A stretch of 63,536 nt of DNA, the filler included, from Pelomyxa schiedti (taxonomy: Eukaryota; Protista; Evosea), in the NCBI GenBank assembly GCA_020536535.1. It is 6 parts of 6 records of this genome, joined end to end, with 100 filler letters (N's around TTAATTAATTAA, not from the genome) between each part and the next. Parts side by side here need not be neighbours in the genome. Positions count along the whole stretch, not along the records: positions 15,731 to 44,398 come from JAHLWZ010001018.1; 5 more parts are not named here. One strand, written 5' to 3'. Below, in pieces: positions 24,460 through 36,335 of this stretch. The notes beneath the pieces are model-generated. The model made no database searches. It had not been told where the DNA came from and saw only the letters and a list, made by a program, of their open reading frames with translations. The translations under genes and the position numbers were made by a program. Numbering within the stretch: position 1 is the first letter of the stretch; each line of letters begins with the position of its first letter.

Positions 24460-26606
24460 CTAGAATCCTTTCTTTCTTCTCGATAGTTCCGTTTTCTGGG
24501 ATGACTCAAATGATGGTACTGCCTCATCCAAGTGCATTAATTTCTTCGTGTCTCTCCACTGCTTTTCTCTCTTTTCGCTGGGCTGTGCTGGCGGGGCCTT
24601 CTGTGGGGCCCCAATGGTTCTATTTACCTTTGTGAAAAGGCCCTCTGCCACATCCCACACCAAAAACCGCTCATAGCGGGGATATGAGTAGGCATAGACA
24701 ACCATTTTGCTGTAGCCGTACCACCCTACTGTATACACTACAGTAGAAGATGTTGGGTCCCCAAGAGTGATGGAACATAATTGAGTAGCCGTTCTCCAGA
24801 GGCCTTGCCACACAACCAGTTGATTTTCTCGGACTTCACCGTAAAGATTCCCACTGCACGTGATAACTGGAGACTGGAAGCCCCAGGAACTGGAGAGAGA
24901 AATGTGAGTAACAATTCTGGAAAAGTTGAGGAGGTACTTGGCGGGTGAAGAGCAACCACAACCGGAAGTAATGCCAAGGTAAATTGCCTTTCTGAGCCCA
25001 TTTGGCGTTGCCAGTTCTATTCCATATGGAAGAGCAACCCTACATTTGGATGAAACGCTGTCCGAGGCAAAGTGCCAGGCAATAAGCAAGCCAGAAGCAA
25101 ATACAATTGCAAGTTCAACTTGTGATAATAGCGAGATGCCAAGAGGGGTATCTTTGGAAATTAATGTAGCCAGTGCCACTGAGGACGCACTGCTGGCAAT
25201 AGTTTTCATAGGTGGCATGTGGAATATTTCAATGGACTCTTGAATCAAACTGTTAATTAACTTCCTAGGTAAAAGAAAAGGTTACTTGTCTCCAGGCACA
25301 GGGTGGCCACTAGACTCTGAAAGCAAGAAACTCTTGGAAAGCGTCCTGCTAGTTCTGGTGGTATTCTCCACAGTTGTTTTCCACTTGATAAAGAGATGCC
25401 ACGTACCCCATTGAAGTCTGCGAGTGCTGCCCAACCAATGGTGTCATCAACAGATAAGGTGGGGAGAGTGCGAAGGTCACCCACATTATGATGTGGTCCA
25501 GCAACTTTAGCTCCACTTGCTATGGTAACCTTCCTCCTGCGATCACAGTAGGATATAGTGGTGCTGTGCAACATTTAAAAAAAACAGGCAAATGGAAAGT
25601 GGTTGGTCAACTTCCAGTTCCTCAGTGCCCTCCGTTGTCTGAGCAGTTGATAAAATACAGGCTCAGTAGTACCCTTTTTCTTACCGCTCTTAGTAGTTAC
25701 ATTCCTAGCGGAATTCTCACAAGTGGATGCAGTGGCCGTTGCCGTGGTTGAAGCAGAGCGCACGGAAAGAGAATTACCCGGACTGTCCAAATCGGACCAG
25801 CTGAAAGAAGTAGCCTCCACTACAGGCACGCCCTCGCGCCTGGCAACTAGAAGCCACAGCCAGTCACACCTCAGTACAGTGCACCAGGTGTGCGACACGA
25901 GGCAGCAGGTTAGCAACTGCCTCCTTCCTAGCCACTGGAATATCCTGTCCAGCAAATCCGGGGGCAGCAGGGGCACCAGGTCGAACTTGGGCGCCCGAGC
26001 CAGAGAAGCCGCCGCATCGCAATCACGATTGACGGCAGCAGCGTCGCCCTCGGCATTAGCACCACCACTAGTGGTGGTGGTAGCAGCAGGAATAACAGCA
26101 GGACCGTCAAAGAGACTCCCGCACTGGGCAATGGCTGCGCTGCCGCTGCTGTTGTTGTTTGTGCTTGTGGTGGTGGTGGTGGTGGTGGTTGTGGTGGTGG
26201 TGCCGTCCGTAGAGGGGGCAACGACTGGCGGGGATACTTGTGGGGAGTCAATGGCGGCGGTGGTGCTGGTGGGGGGAGTGGCGGGGGTCACTGCTTGGGG
26301 GAGGGTGTCGTCAGGAGACGAGGGAGTGGTTGTGGTGGCGGAGGGTGCGGCAGCAGGGGCAGCGGCACCGTGCCGCCGCCGCTTCTTCTTCTTGTTGTGG
26401 CTGTTGTTGTTGTTTTTGGTTGTGGTTGTGGTGTTGCTGCTGGTTGGGGTGTTGCTTGGCTTATTGTTGTTCTTGTTTTTGTTGGTCTTGTTCTTGTGGC
26501 GCCCTGGCTCCTCTATCACGAACGACATCGACACTCCAAACTGCCTGAAACGGTTGGTGCAATCAGGAGAATCCAGGGCGCTGGGAACCTCTAACAACAT
26601 CCTCAC
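24460..26606 (-). CDS. F-box protein with low-complexity N-terminus and probable beta-propeller C-terminus, 3' end approximate
   Basis: LLPPDLLDRIFQWLGRRQLLTCCLVSHTW F-box, followed by beta-rich exons. Confidence 0.75.
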
Positions 26607-26711
26607 AAATCGTTCCCTGGGAGTATTTCCGAACTCATCTGGGTACTCAGTTGCGAGAGCTGTGGCAGTCCGCTGGGCTCAAGTCTATTCTCTTGTTGCT
26701 TCGCCAAAACG

Positions 26712-28354
26712 ATGGACGACGACGGGGAAGGAGGGCACGTGCACCAGGGGGCGGACGGGTCGTACAAGTGGCTTGGGGCGTACCAATGGGCGGACTTGTC
26801 GTCGGCCATAGCCGCGGCGGCGGCGGGGGGCGAGATGGACTCGGCTACGCTGGCGGCACGCGAGCGCGACGACATGAGGCGACGTCACACTGCCAGGGGG
26901 TGTGCGTGCGCTCCTTTTGTTGGTGTTGTTGCTGCTGTTGTGTTATGGGTTGTTGTTTGTTTCCGGTGGGTTGGTGTGTCAAATATCTCAATATTTAATC
27001 CGGTTTTTCTTTTTTTTTTTTTTTTTTTTTTGGGTTGTAGGATGTTCAAGAGTGCTGTGCAGAGGGGAATGCACAGGCACGTGTTTTTGGTTATTGACTT
27101 CTCAAAGTCGATGAACGAGATAGATATGAAACCGTCAAGGATAACCGTTGCTGTGAATGGTAAAGTGCCAGCTCTGGCTGTTATGTACTCATTGTTTTTT
27201 TTATTTGCGAAGCTTGCATTGCTTTTATCAAAGAATTCTTTGCACAGAACCCCATCTCCCAGATTGGTGTTATTATAACACGGAATGGCATCTCTGAGAA
27301 GCTCACCGACCTCAGTGGTAACCTTTACACTGTTTTCCCCCGTCATTCATACTCCAAGGTAACCCATCAAGACACATTGATCAAATAGAGCAACTCCTGG
27401 CAAAATCTGCTGTATGTGCAACTGGCGAACCGTCACTGCAAAATGCACTCCTGAGTGCAAGTGCATCACTCAAGTATGGCATTGTCACCCTTCACTGGTC
27501 CAACCCCCAGAAAGATATGTTCCCCATTATGGGTGCCGTGAAATTATATCCGTGATGGCCAGCCTTACTACAACTGACCCGGGAAATATTTTAGACACTG
27601 TTGCCCTGGTTGTTTGTCTTCATCCTGGTCTCACCAGCAATCTCTGGCCAATTGCTAATCTTCCCAATTTCACAGCTGAAGAAGCATAGTGTCCGATGCT
27701 CTGTAATTTCTTTAACAGCTGAAGTATTCATTTACAAACATTTGGCTGAACAAACTGGAGGAACTTGTGCAGTGGCCCTTAATGATCAACATGTGCAACA
27801 ACTATTGTTGGAACATGTTCACCCACCTCCTGTACTTCCTTCAATTGTTGCACAAATAGTGAAGATGGGGTTTCCAACACAAATACTAGAAACGACAGCA
27901 ACTTTCTGTGCATGGTTGCAACACTTCCCTCTCTTCTCCTTCATAATCAATGTTCAGCCACAAAAAGTTAAATACACGTGGTTACCTGTGTCCGCAGTGC
28001 GGAAGTAAAGCATGTGAACTGCCAATAGAATGCGCTGTTTGTGGTTTAATGCTCTTGTCATCACCCCATCTTGCCCGGACTTACCATCACATGTTCCCGA
28101 TTGTTACATTCAAAGAACAGAGGTAAATGCCTTTTCTACTGCTCGCACTCACTTCTCATCGCAGACCCAAACCAGGTGGAACATGCCATGCTTGCATGGC
28201 TCCACTATCGAAGTTTATGTATTCATGCCCCAATTGCCTACAGAACTTCTGCATTGACTGTGATGCCTATATACACGACTCTCTGCACAACTGTCCTGGA
28301 TGTGAAATGTCTCCCTCTACAAAATCCACGACGCCCACGGCGTCATCCTTGTAA
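26712..28354 (+). CDS. GTF2H2: General transcription factor IIH subunit 2 (Ssl1/p44)
   Basis: [92 protein letters not shown]. Confidence 0.95.
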
Positions 28355-28397
28355 AAGCAATACAGTTTTTTTTGGTAAACCTTTTTTTTGTTACAAA

Positions 28398-30375
28398 TTA
28401 AGATGTTTCAGACAATAATTTTGTGATGACGGTGTGGAAGTGTGTTTTGTGTGAAAGGGGGCTGTAATCACCAGAGGGTACTTGGGAAAGGATGCCCTCC
28501 ACTTGTTCAAGGAGTTCTAGAGGAGTGGAGACTTCTGCTGTGGAGTGGGCGGGTGGAGGAACAATATTTTCATATGCCGCAATTTCCTGAAATAAATTGG
28601 TGAGCAATAATTTGGGAAATGCTCACCTACCTGCATGAGAAGAATCTGGTTACCGTTGGGGATCGCCACGAAATAGTGTAGAGTTGAGGAAAAGGACCGC
28701 ACAATGCAATAAGGGTTTCGCGGTGTCTGATTTGTTACCATCAATAAGGCAGTATCCTGCGATGTCGCTGAGCCAATGTCATGCAGAAAGTTGAAAAAGC
28801 GATAAGAAGCAACCTCTGACTCCATAAGTGAGCACAGGGAAATAAACTTGAATATCTCTGGTGTGTCGCCTGTATCCATGGCCACAAGGCATAGCGGTAA
28901 ACCAAATAATAAACCCTTGGGTTACCGTTAGAGATAATACATCAAATATTCTAAATGGGTACCTGGTCAATGGAACCAACGGGGATTTTTTGAAGAACTA
29001 CCAACTCCCAGGGCAGGCTAGAAACAGGTGTCATGTGAGAAGTGTCACATGGTATCACAGTTGCACCAATCCTTTTGTATGAATAGATCACCCCACAGAG
29101 AGAGAAGAGAATGGGAGAAGAAATAGGAAGGCTGTTCAGGGGAGGAATGCAGGGTATGTTACCTGGGCAGCTCTGCCTAAGTCTTTGTGCTTCAGGGCTG
29201 TTCCCACAACTGAGCATCTTGGGGCGCCAGAATCTACAGGTTGACCATGGCATGAACACGTGGCAACTGTTGCAGAAGAAGGAGAAGGAAGAATGTACGT
29301 CCTGGACGTGCATTTGATGACGCTGTTGTTACTGGAAATGTGTATGGGGCCAGGATCAATTGATGCAATTTTTCGGGGCTTAGCACCTGGGGTAGTGGTT
29401 GTTCTTGGCACAGTTGATGCAGAAGGAGTTTTGTTTGACCACAATTGATCCAGAGTGGTAGTGGGATTTTCTGGGAATAATATAGAGCAAGTCGTTGACT
29501 CTCCAGCGATCCAAGAACGAATAGCCCTTTGAAATGAAAAAAATCCTATCGTTTTGAGCAGGCGTCACTTGGTACAATGTACCGTTTTCCACACGTAATA
29601 AACGGCACAGAGACCAGGAAGAAAAAAGTAGACTCAATTCTCCAAGTGTTGTATTTACACCCGTGCTTTTTGGGAAAGTAACATAGTAGAACTCTAGGAC
29701 AGCGTTCATATAATTGAGTTGCTAAGAGAAGTTAATAGTCCCCTCATGAACTAGTCTGGGTACTTGGAGAATTTGCGTGAGTTCAGGACTCACAGGAAGA
29801 CATTTTGGAGAGAACATTCTCACAATGATATCAACATGAGCTCCTGGAGGTTGTATCGCCCGATATTCTTCCACTCGCTCAGCTACCAGCTTTAGTACTG
29901 GGATGGCTGCACCAATTGTAAATTGTTTCGAAGATACAGTAAGGTTCAACAAGTGTCTGATCCTCCCCTGCAAGGGTTGGAACACAATCTCAAATTGCTG
30001 AGGCACTGGTGAATAGACCTTGGCTCAAATGAGTGGACCCAAAGTTCTTTCACGCCTTACCTTAAATCAAACTTCTGCCCTTTTAAGATTACAAGCTGAG
30101 TAAAGTCAGAAGGGCACCAAACAAACAGTATGGACCGGTTGTGGATCAAAAGTAACGCCAAAGATTGACAGGACCATCAGTGTATGGGTTTGCAAGGACA
30201 CATAGTTCGCGTACTCCATCAGCACAGAGCCATAGTTCTTTGTTGGCTGTGATTAGTAACACTACAACTGGTAGCAGCAGACTACTTGTTTCATCTCCTC
30301 GTAGTCATCGATCAAATCACGGTCTAGCACCCTCAGATCCAACAACAAAAACGCAAGGCATCTCCTCTTCTCCAT
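28398..30375 (-). CDS. vWA plus beta-barrel protein resembling meiosis 1 arrest protein (M1AP-like)
   Basis: Spliced reading: MEKRRCLAFLLLDLR, QKFDLRQF, CSCHGQP...CSVVG, LQKIPVGSIDQGLLFGLP, FISLC, YFVAIPNGNQILLMQEIAAYENIVP. Confidence 0.5.
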
Positions 30376-30459
30376 TTTTTTCCCGTTTGTGCTTGACTTT
30401 GACACCTTGACATGATGAAGGTGGGGGTGCAGGGCAATGGTGCCAAAAATTCTTGGTTG

Positions 30460-32275
30460 TTAATTGGCGGTGTTGGCCGGGGCAACCGGCGCCCAATTTC
30501 CCTTGAAAAGCGGTGGCATCCAGATGGCTCCTTCCAGTAACGCGAAAATGATCAGCCCAAGGCAGAGAATCACAGTTACCCAGAGACTGAACCCAAGCGA
30601 CAGAATGAGAGTCATGCCAACATTCGATAGTTGTTGGAAGAACCAGCATACGGATAGAACGAATGCTGTAAGAATGATAAGGTTTGGAAGTAGGGATGAA
30701 TGGGTGGGGTGGTCACACCTAAGAATTCTTCTGTTGCGGCAGTATTTAAAACATAGAAGTCATATGACTGTAGGTAATAGGGTATTACTTGTGCGCCAGT
30801 TATGACACACATTTGGATTACAACCTGAGTTGAGAGAATTAAAACGGGGAATGTGGTGAGGGGAGGGAGGAACTGTATCAATGTGAAGGAGAAGCAATCC
30901 AATTAGAACGGAATTGACTATAGCAAGAAAAGGAAATAGGAATTTGAAATAGCGATATGGGGGACAATCAACAATAAAGATGCGATAGCTGTTAATGAGA
31001 GTGAGCCCTCAAAAAAAGAGAAGTGAAATCATACAGGTAGGCGGTGATAAGGTAGCACATGTTGATAATTAGACCTTGCAAAGAAAGCTGAGGAAGTAGT
31101 TGATTGCATTGGTTTTCAAGTGTAGGAGCCTCCTCAGAAGTTGTTCGAGCAACAGCCTGTGAGTCGTTGGAAAAGGAGGGAAAAATATTGAAGCAGACTT
31201 TACTTCAAAAATTGTGACAGGGTATGTGACCTGAAGAAAGTGAAAAAAGAAACTAGACGACAAGGGAAAGGCACAAGAAGGTAAACGGCCCAAGTGATGA
31301 TGCCATGAATCAATATATGGGTGACGTGAGGTGTGTTCCATAAATACAGAAATCTTGTTTTGAGGCCTCGAAGAACATCAAATAGGCACGTCTAGTTGCA
31401 ATTAGCTCCAAAAAGGCAATACATTGAAGGCACTTTCGCAGACTTGCATGACTGAGTTGCTGGCTTCGCTGCTGGATCACCTCCAGCCGTAATCTTCTCT
31501 ATCTCTTGAATATCTCTGGAGTGGCTGAGTTCAATTGCTCTGATACTATTCACACCTGCTAGATATAGTCATGGAGAGGATCCACAAAGTCGTTGCAACA
31601 GCCGTGCCCCATCCACAAAGAACAAACAGAGACCCCTTAAATCCCAGTGGCAGCACTGAACAAATAAGCAAGGAATTCAGAAATTATGAACTACCGGTCA
31701 CAACTCCAAGAGCGAATATATTTGTTGACACACAGGTGATATCCCCAGTATTTCCACAACTGTTGGAGACAGTGTTCTCAGCATCCTTGTGGTATTTGTT
31801 AACACAATCTGGTATCAACTCACCCTCACTCTCACTACCAGCGAATGTGGGGTGTGACTATTAGAAATTGTGAGCCGTATTTTGAGCACTTTCCACACAG
31901 AGGTCATGATTTGAAAAATGAAAACTTGACGTATCAGGAAGCACACCTAAAACTATGAGTGCTCTGTGTATTTAACAAAGTCACACGAACCCAAATTCCA
32001 ACTTGAAAATAGAAAACTGAGGACAGTATTTCTCCAAGAAGTAATAATAAATTTGATAAGGAGCAAAACTTTAGTCACGTTAACTTAGAGGAAGAGAGAA
32101 AGATGGTGACCTGGAGCACTCTGTGCTGTTTGGTGGCTGTTGCATCAGAAAACCATCCACAAATGAGAGATACTCCAACAAGCAAAATATTTGTGGCAAG
32201 AAGCAAGTTCGAGTACATGTTAAGGAAAGCACAATCACCACCAGAAGATGACCGTGCAATCAAGTAGTACACCAT
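30460..32275 (-). CDS. Multi-pass membrane protein, possibly LMBR1/LIMR-like
   Basis: Many hydrophobic exons. VIQMC...FYVLNTAATEEFLG resembles the LIMR C-terminal motif. TAA at 30460. Confidence 0.4.
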
Positions 32276-32319
32276 CTATTGCCCAATCAGAGGGGAAAAA
32301 AAAAAAAAGGAAAATCAGT

Positions 32320-32808
32320 CTATTTGGTGTTTTGGCTGGGGGTGTTCAGTTGTGCTTCCTCCTTCCTGAGTGCACTTTTTGTTCTGTGCATTGGCTTCAC
32401 ACAACTAGTACACACATATTTCTCAAAGTCATAAGTTGCCAGTGACATTCCCCACAACAGCCCAATTTTGAGTCTCTCCATTTGCCTGAGTGGCAACTTT
32501 TGCAGCAGTTGCACAACGTGTTCTGCTCCCCTTTTGGCCTCTGGCCCGATTGGTCCACCCGCCAATCCCGAGACCCCAGCTTCAGCCGCGGACAAAGAGC
32601 CCACGCACGACGACGAAGGAGGCGGAGTCGAGCTCGGCTCCGCGACGATGGCCGGGGTGCGGACGTACCGCTCAGGCTCGGTCTCGGTCTCGCTGGATGG
32701 GACAGGCGTGGTGCTGGTGTCGATGTCGGGGTCGCCCATTGATGATGACGAGGACTTGTGTTTGTTCCTTGTAGTCCGCTTCCGAGCTCCCCCAGTGTCC
32801 TCGAGCAT
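32320..32808 (-). CDS. Small hypothetical protein
   Basis: Open frame with Ser/Pro-rich N-terminus and an ordered C-terminus (LWGMSLATYDFEKYVC). Confidence 0.35.
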   Translation of the reverse strand: MLEDTGGARKRTTRNKHKSSSSSMGDPDIDTSTTPVPSSETETEPERYVRTPAIVAEPSSTPPPSSSCVGSLSAAEAGVSGLAGGPIGPEAKRGAEHVVQLLQKLPLRQMERLKIGLLWGMSLATYDFEKYVCTSCVKPMHRTKSALRKEEAQLNTPSQNTK

Positions 32809-33055
32809 GCTGCTCTGTTGAACCCACACAGCGTCTTTAGGGCAAGAGTTGCCAAAAAGGGAAAAAAAAAGGTGATCCTGCGTTCCCTTTTTCGTGTAGC
32901 TCCCGAATTCCGGCTGACGGATAATTCTGGGTGACATGGCCTTCATAATCCAAGGAGGGTTCATGCAGTATTCGTTTCGCATGGCAGAACAGCCTCCAAC
33001 TTTGATGGGATGCACGAGATCCAGTGATTGAAAAAAAGGAAGAACAAACGGTTCG

Positions 33056-34687
33056 ATGGCAGATGGTCGACCGGTGTCGGGATCTGGGGGCGCAACGCCT
33101 ACAGCTACGACAACAGCAACGACTATGGGGGAAGATGTGGAGGGGATCTCGTTGACGCCGTCGGTCTGCTCTTTAATTGTCGCTAGGTTGCCGGCTCAGC
33201 GGCAAGTTTTGGGCCGCGTGTCGCAGGTTTGCCGTGCATTCAGGATCGCAGTTCTGGCAGATCCGCGCTTTTCGCTTCTCGGCCAGCTGTTTTGCATCAG
33301 TCCTGAACCTTTGTTCACCACGTGCGCACAGATTTTTTTCCCCCTTAGAGTGTTGCTTGCTGTGTGTTGTTGTCGTTCTCAGTGCTGATTACTGTGAAAT
33401 TCGTGTACCTGTTGTGCTGACGTTTGTCAAGAATCAAGAATTTAAGTGGAACTTTGAGAACAGTGACTGTAGTTGCTACAGGAGAGGTTGCCATTATACG
33501 AAAAGTTCCACTTGCACTACCGCCCTCATCCACAGCCCCCTCTGCCAGGGATCAGGCTGTGGCGGCATATTCCTGGTTAAGAAGGTTTTTTCCTTCATAT
33601 CTTTTTTTCCTCCAAGGCTGATAATAATAGAAATTAATTTTTCTAGTTACTTATCTGGACCAACACCTACTACCCCTCCTGACACACCCTATAAAAAACT
33701 GCTGGCTTTCCTGAACGATGATATTATCAACGATATGGGAACTCTTCAGCTCATCAATTGCCCAAGTATCCCGCGCAGTTGCCTTTTCCCTTCAAGAGTT
33801 AATTTCCCAAAGATGTCATTAGCGGGTTCCGTTTTTATTTTCACTCAGAACTCGTAGAGCTCTGGATTGTAATGGAACTATTTGAGAGCAAAAATGTTTT
33901 GCACATATGTGGCAAACTGCCTCCTCCTCAAGTTGCTGCCGTTACGCGGGAAATTCTCAAAGTTCCTCACCCTTTTCCTCCTTTCTTCTCTTAACGGGGA
34001 TCTGTAAAGGGATTAATTTATTTGGAGGATATAGGTTTTACAACAAACTTATGGCTTAAAGTCTCCCATATTCAAGCAAACATTTCCCGGGTACAACACA
34101 CCTTCATTGACCATCCAATTTAATTTCTATTTAGAAATGCATTAAAATCAGCCCTTCGAGAAATCTTATCCGCCTTGTTGATAGTTATATAAGTCCCAGT
34201 GACTCTAGTTCGGTGTCTGTCTCGTCCATATGGCTTCCACCTGAACTCTCCGAGAGTTCATGTAGGGCTGCACCATCTGTAAGTCTCTCGTGAAAAAAAA
34301 AAAAAAACAAGATTACCCAACCATACATTCCCCTCCAATTAGGCTAACGTTTGGACTCTGGGCATGGTTGTTGTAGAACTATTACTTGGCACAAACGAGT
34401 TTATTGTTCTCATGAATGACCAGCTAGAAAATCATCCAACTGAGATGTATTTCTATCTATCTTCTATCTTCAAAACAACACCATGGCTGACATTTTGTGT
34501 TTCACCTAGGGTGGCCTTTGCCTTGGAACTGGCTAACAAGTCCCATGATCCCGAACTCGCCCTGTTTGTCACCGAGTGCCTAGTACCAGTCGAACGACGA
34601 CCCACATTGAGGCACCTCCAACACCACAGATTCATAACCAAATCACCAGATATTGACTGGGCTCTGCTTGGGGGCTCCTCGTCCTGA
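33056..34687 (+). CDS. F-box-like domain fused to a degenerate protein kinase C-lobe (pseudokinase)
   Basis: LTPSVCSLIVARL...VSQVCRAFR, ELWIVMELF, VTREILKGLIYL, WLPPEL, ANVWTLGMVVVELL, RRPTLRHLQHHRFI. Confidence 0.6.
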
Positions 34688-34870
34688 ACAAAAACATTTT
34701 GTAAATCTTTCTAAGTTTCTGCGTTCTATTGTTCTAAGAGCCATCAAAAACCGAAAGGGGGAAAAAAGGACGCGGATGAGCTGGTCGAGTGCTAATGGTC
34801 CCAAGGGCGAAGTCGTCTTTTTTTTATGTTGGTACACAATTGAGACTAAAGATTGACTGGGATTGAGACT

Positions 34871-35995
34871 ATGCAACAAGGTGCCGAGAGTGCTGACGAG
34901 GAAGTATGCGCGCCGTCGCCTGGGGACGTGCCTCAAGAGCCAAGTCGAGTGCGTTCCGAGTATCGCAATAGTGGGACTGGTGGGGCAAGTGGCGACGCTT
35001 CGTCGGGGGACCCTACGGCCTCGTCTTCAGAATTTTCTTATTTGGGCTCTTCTGCGTCGCCGTCTTCCGCTTATGGGTCGTGCTCATCCACTTTTGGGCG
35101 CGTGAGGTCTGCTCCTGTGTGCAAGTTTTTCCTGGATGGAGTGTGCAATAAGGGCTTCAATTGCAATTTCTCTCATGATATTGATGCCGGTTCGTGGAGT
35201 CCTCGCAAGGGAATTCCATTTGGATTGATGATGTCGAAGCAACCTGTGAATTCGGTTGCTTCTTCTTCGGCACCACTGGATGGATATATGATTATGCCAA
35301 GATACCCTGTAATTGCATCTCCTTGTGAGGATGACGGGTGTTGTGCCTCAGGAGTATTTTCTTGTATGTCTGATTATATGTAATATGTTACTAAAGTAGC
35401 GGCAGTCATTCGTTTTAATGAGTTGTATATGATTTAAGTGATTGCTTGTCCACTTTTAAGTTCATTAATTATTCTTTAAGGTCCAATGTACAACCAGTAT
35501 GGTTACCAGTACTTTCGGGGTGCTGAACCTGGATTTGGTATGATAAATGGTGTACCTCTTCTGTCTACTCCTACTGCTTTCTTTGCTCCTGTTTCTGCAC
35601 ACATGTCCATGCGGGGTCCCTTGCATCAACCAGTAGTTGTCCCTCAAAATGCATGGTTACCCAAGTCTGCTAAGTATCGCACAAAGCCCTGTACATTTTT
35701 CTTTAGCAACGGGTTTTGCCACAAAGGGTACCTACTCCCGTGTTCTTCCCAAGCCACTGACCCACTACAGAGATAATTGCAACTTTTCACATGACCAATC
35801 CATGTCGGGGACCCCACCAACACCTTCTGAAGAGTCAACAAACAAGAATGCTTTCTACAGGTTAGTTACTGACAATCATCACTCTATCTAATTTCGTTAC
35901 TGTATAGAACCAAGCCTTGCAAGTTTTTCTACGAGGAAGGAAAGTGCCGCAAAGGGGACAATTGCAACTTCTCACACACTTCTGAAGAGTCCTAG
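34871..35995 (+). CDS. CCCH zinc-finger RNA-binding protein (3 fingers)
   Basis: CKFFLDGVCNKGFNCNFSH, YRTKPCTFFFSNGFCHKG|DNCNFSH, YRTKPCKFFYEEGKCRKGDNCNFSH. Confidence 0.9.
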
Positions 35996-36335
35996 GACCT
36001 CCGCTGCAAGAATAGTTCTATGATTCGCATAAGTGTCTGAATGACTGAAAAGATCATTTATTTTTCGATTCTTTCGTGTTGCTGTTTCCCGTGCCGTGAT
36101 TTTTTCCCATAAAGCGAATAATCGGGAACGACACTTCTGTGAGTGGAAGATCCCTACTTCGTGACAGGTACCAGAAAAGCCACGCGATCTGCCCTGTGCA
36201 GAGAAAAAAATCCTAAAAACCCACCAGCACAAAGAGGTTCGTGTGCACACAAGAGGCAAACCGACGGCTGCCAATAAATAAACCAAACTGACGCACAAAG
36301 GATCGCCACAACGAGAGACTGGGAATTTGAAAGGA

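Noticed and set aside
30333-30462. Apparent overlap between the LIMR-like and M1AP-like genes
   Set aside because: Careful reading shows the upstream gene stops at TAA 30460-30462, before the ATG at 30375.
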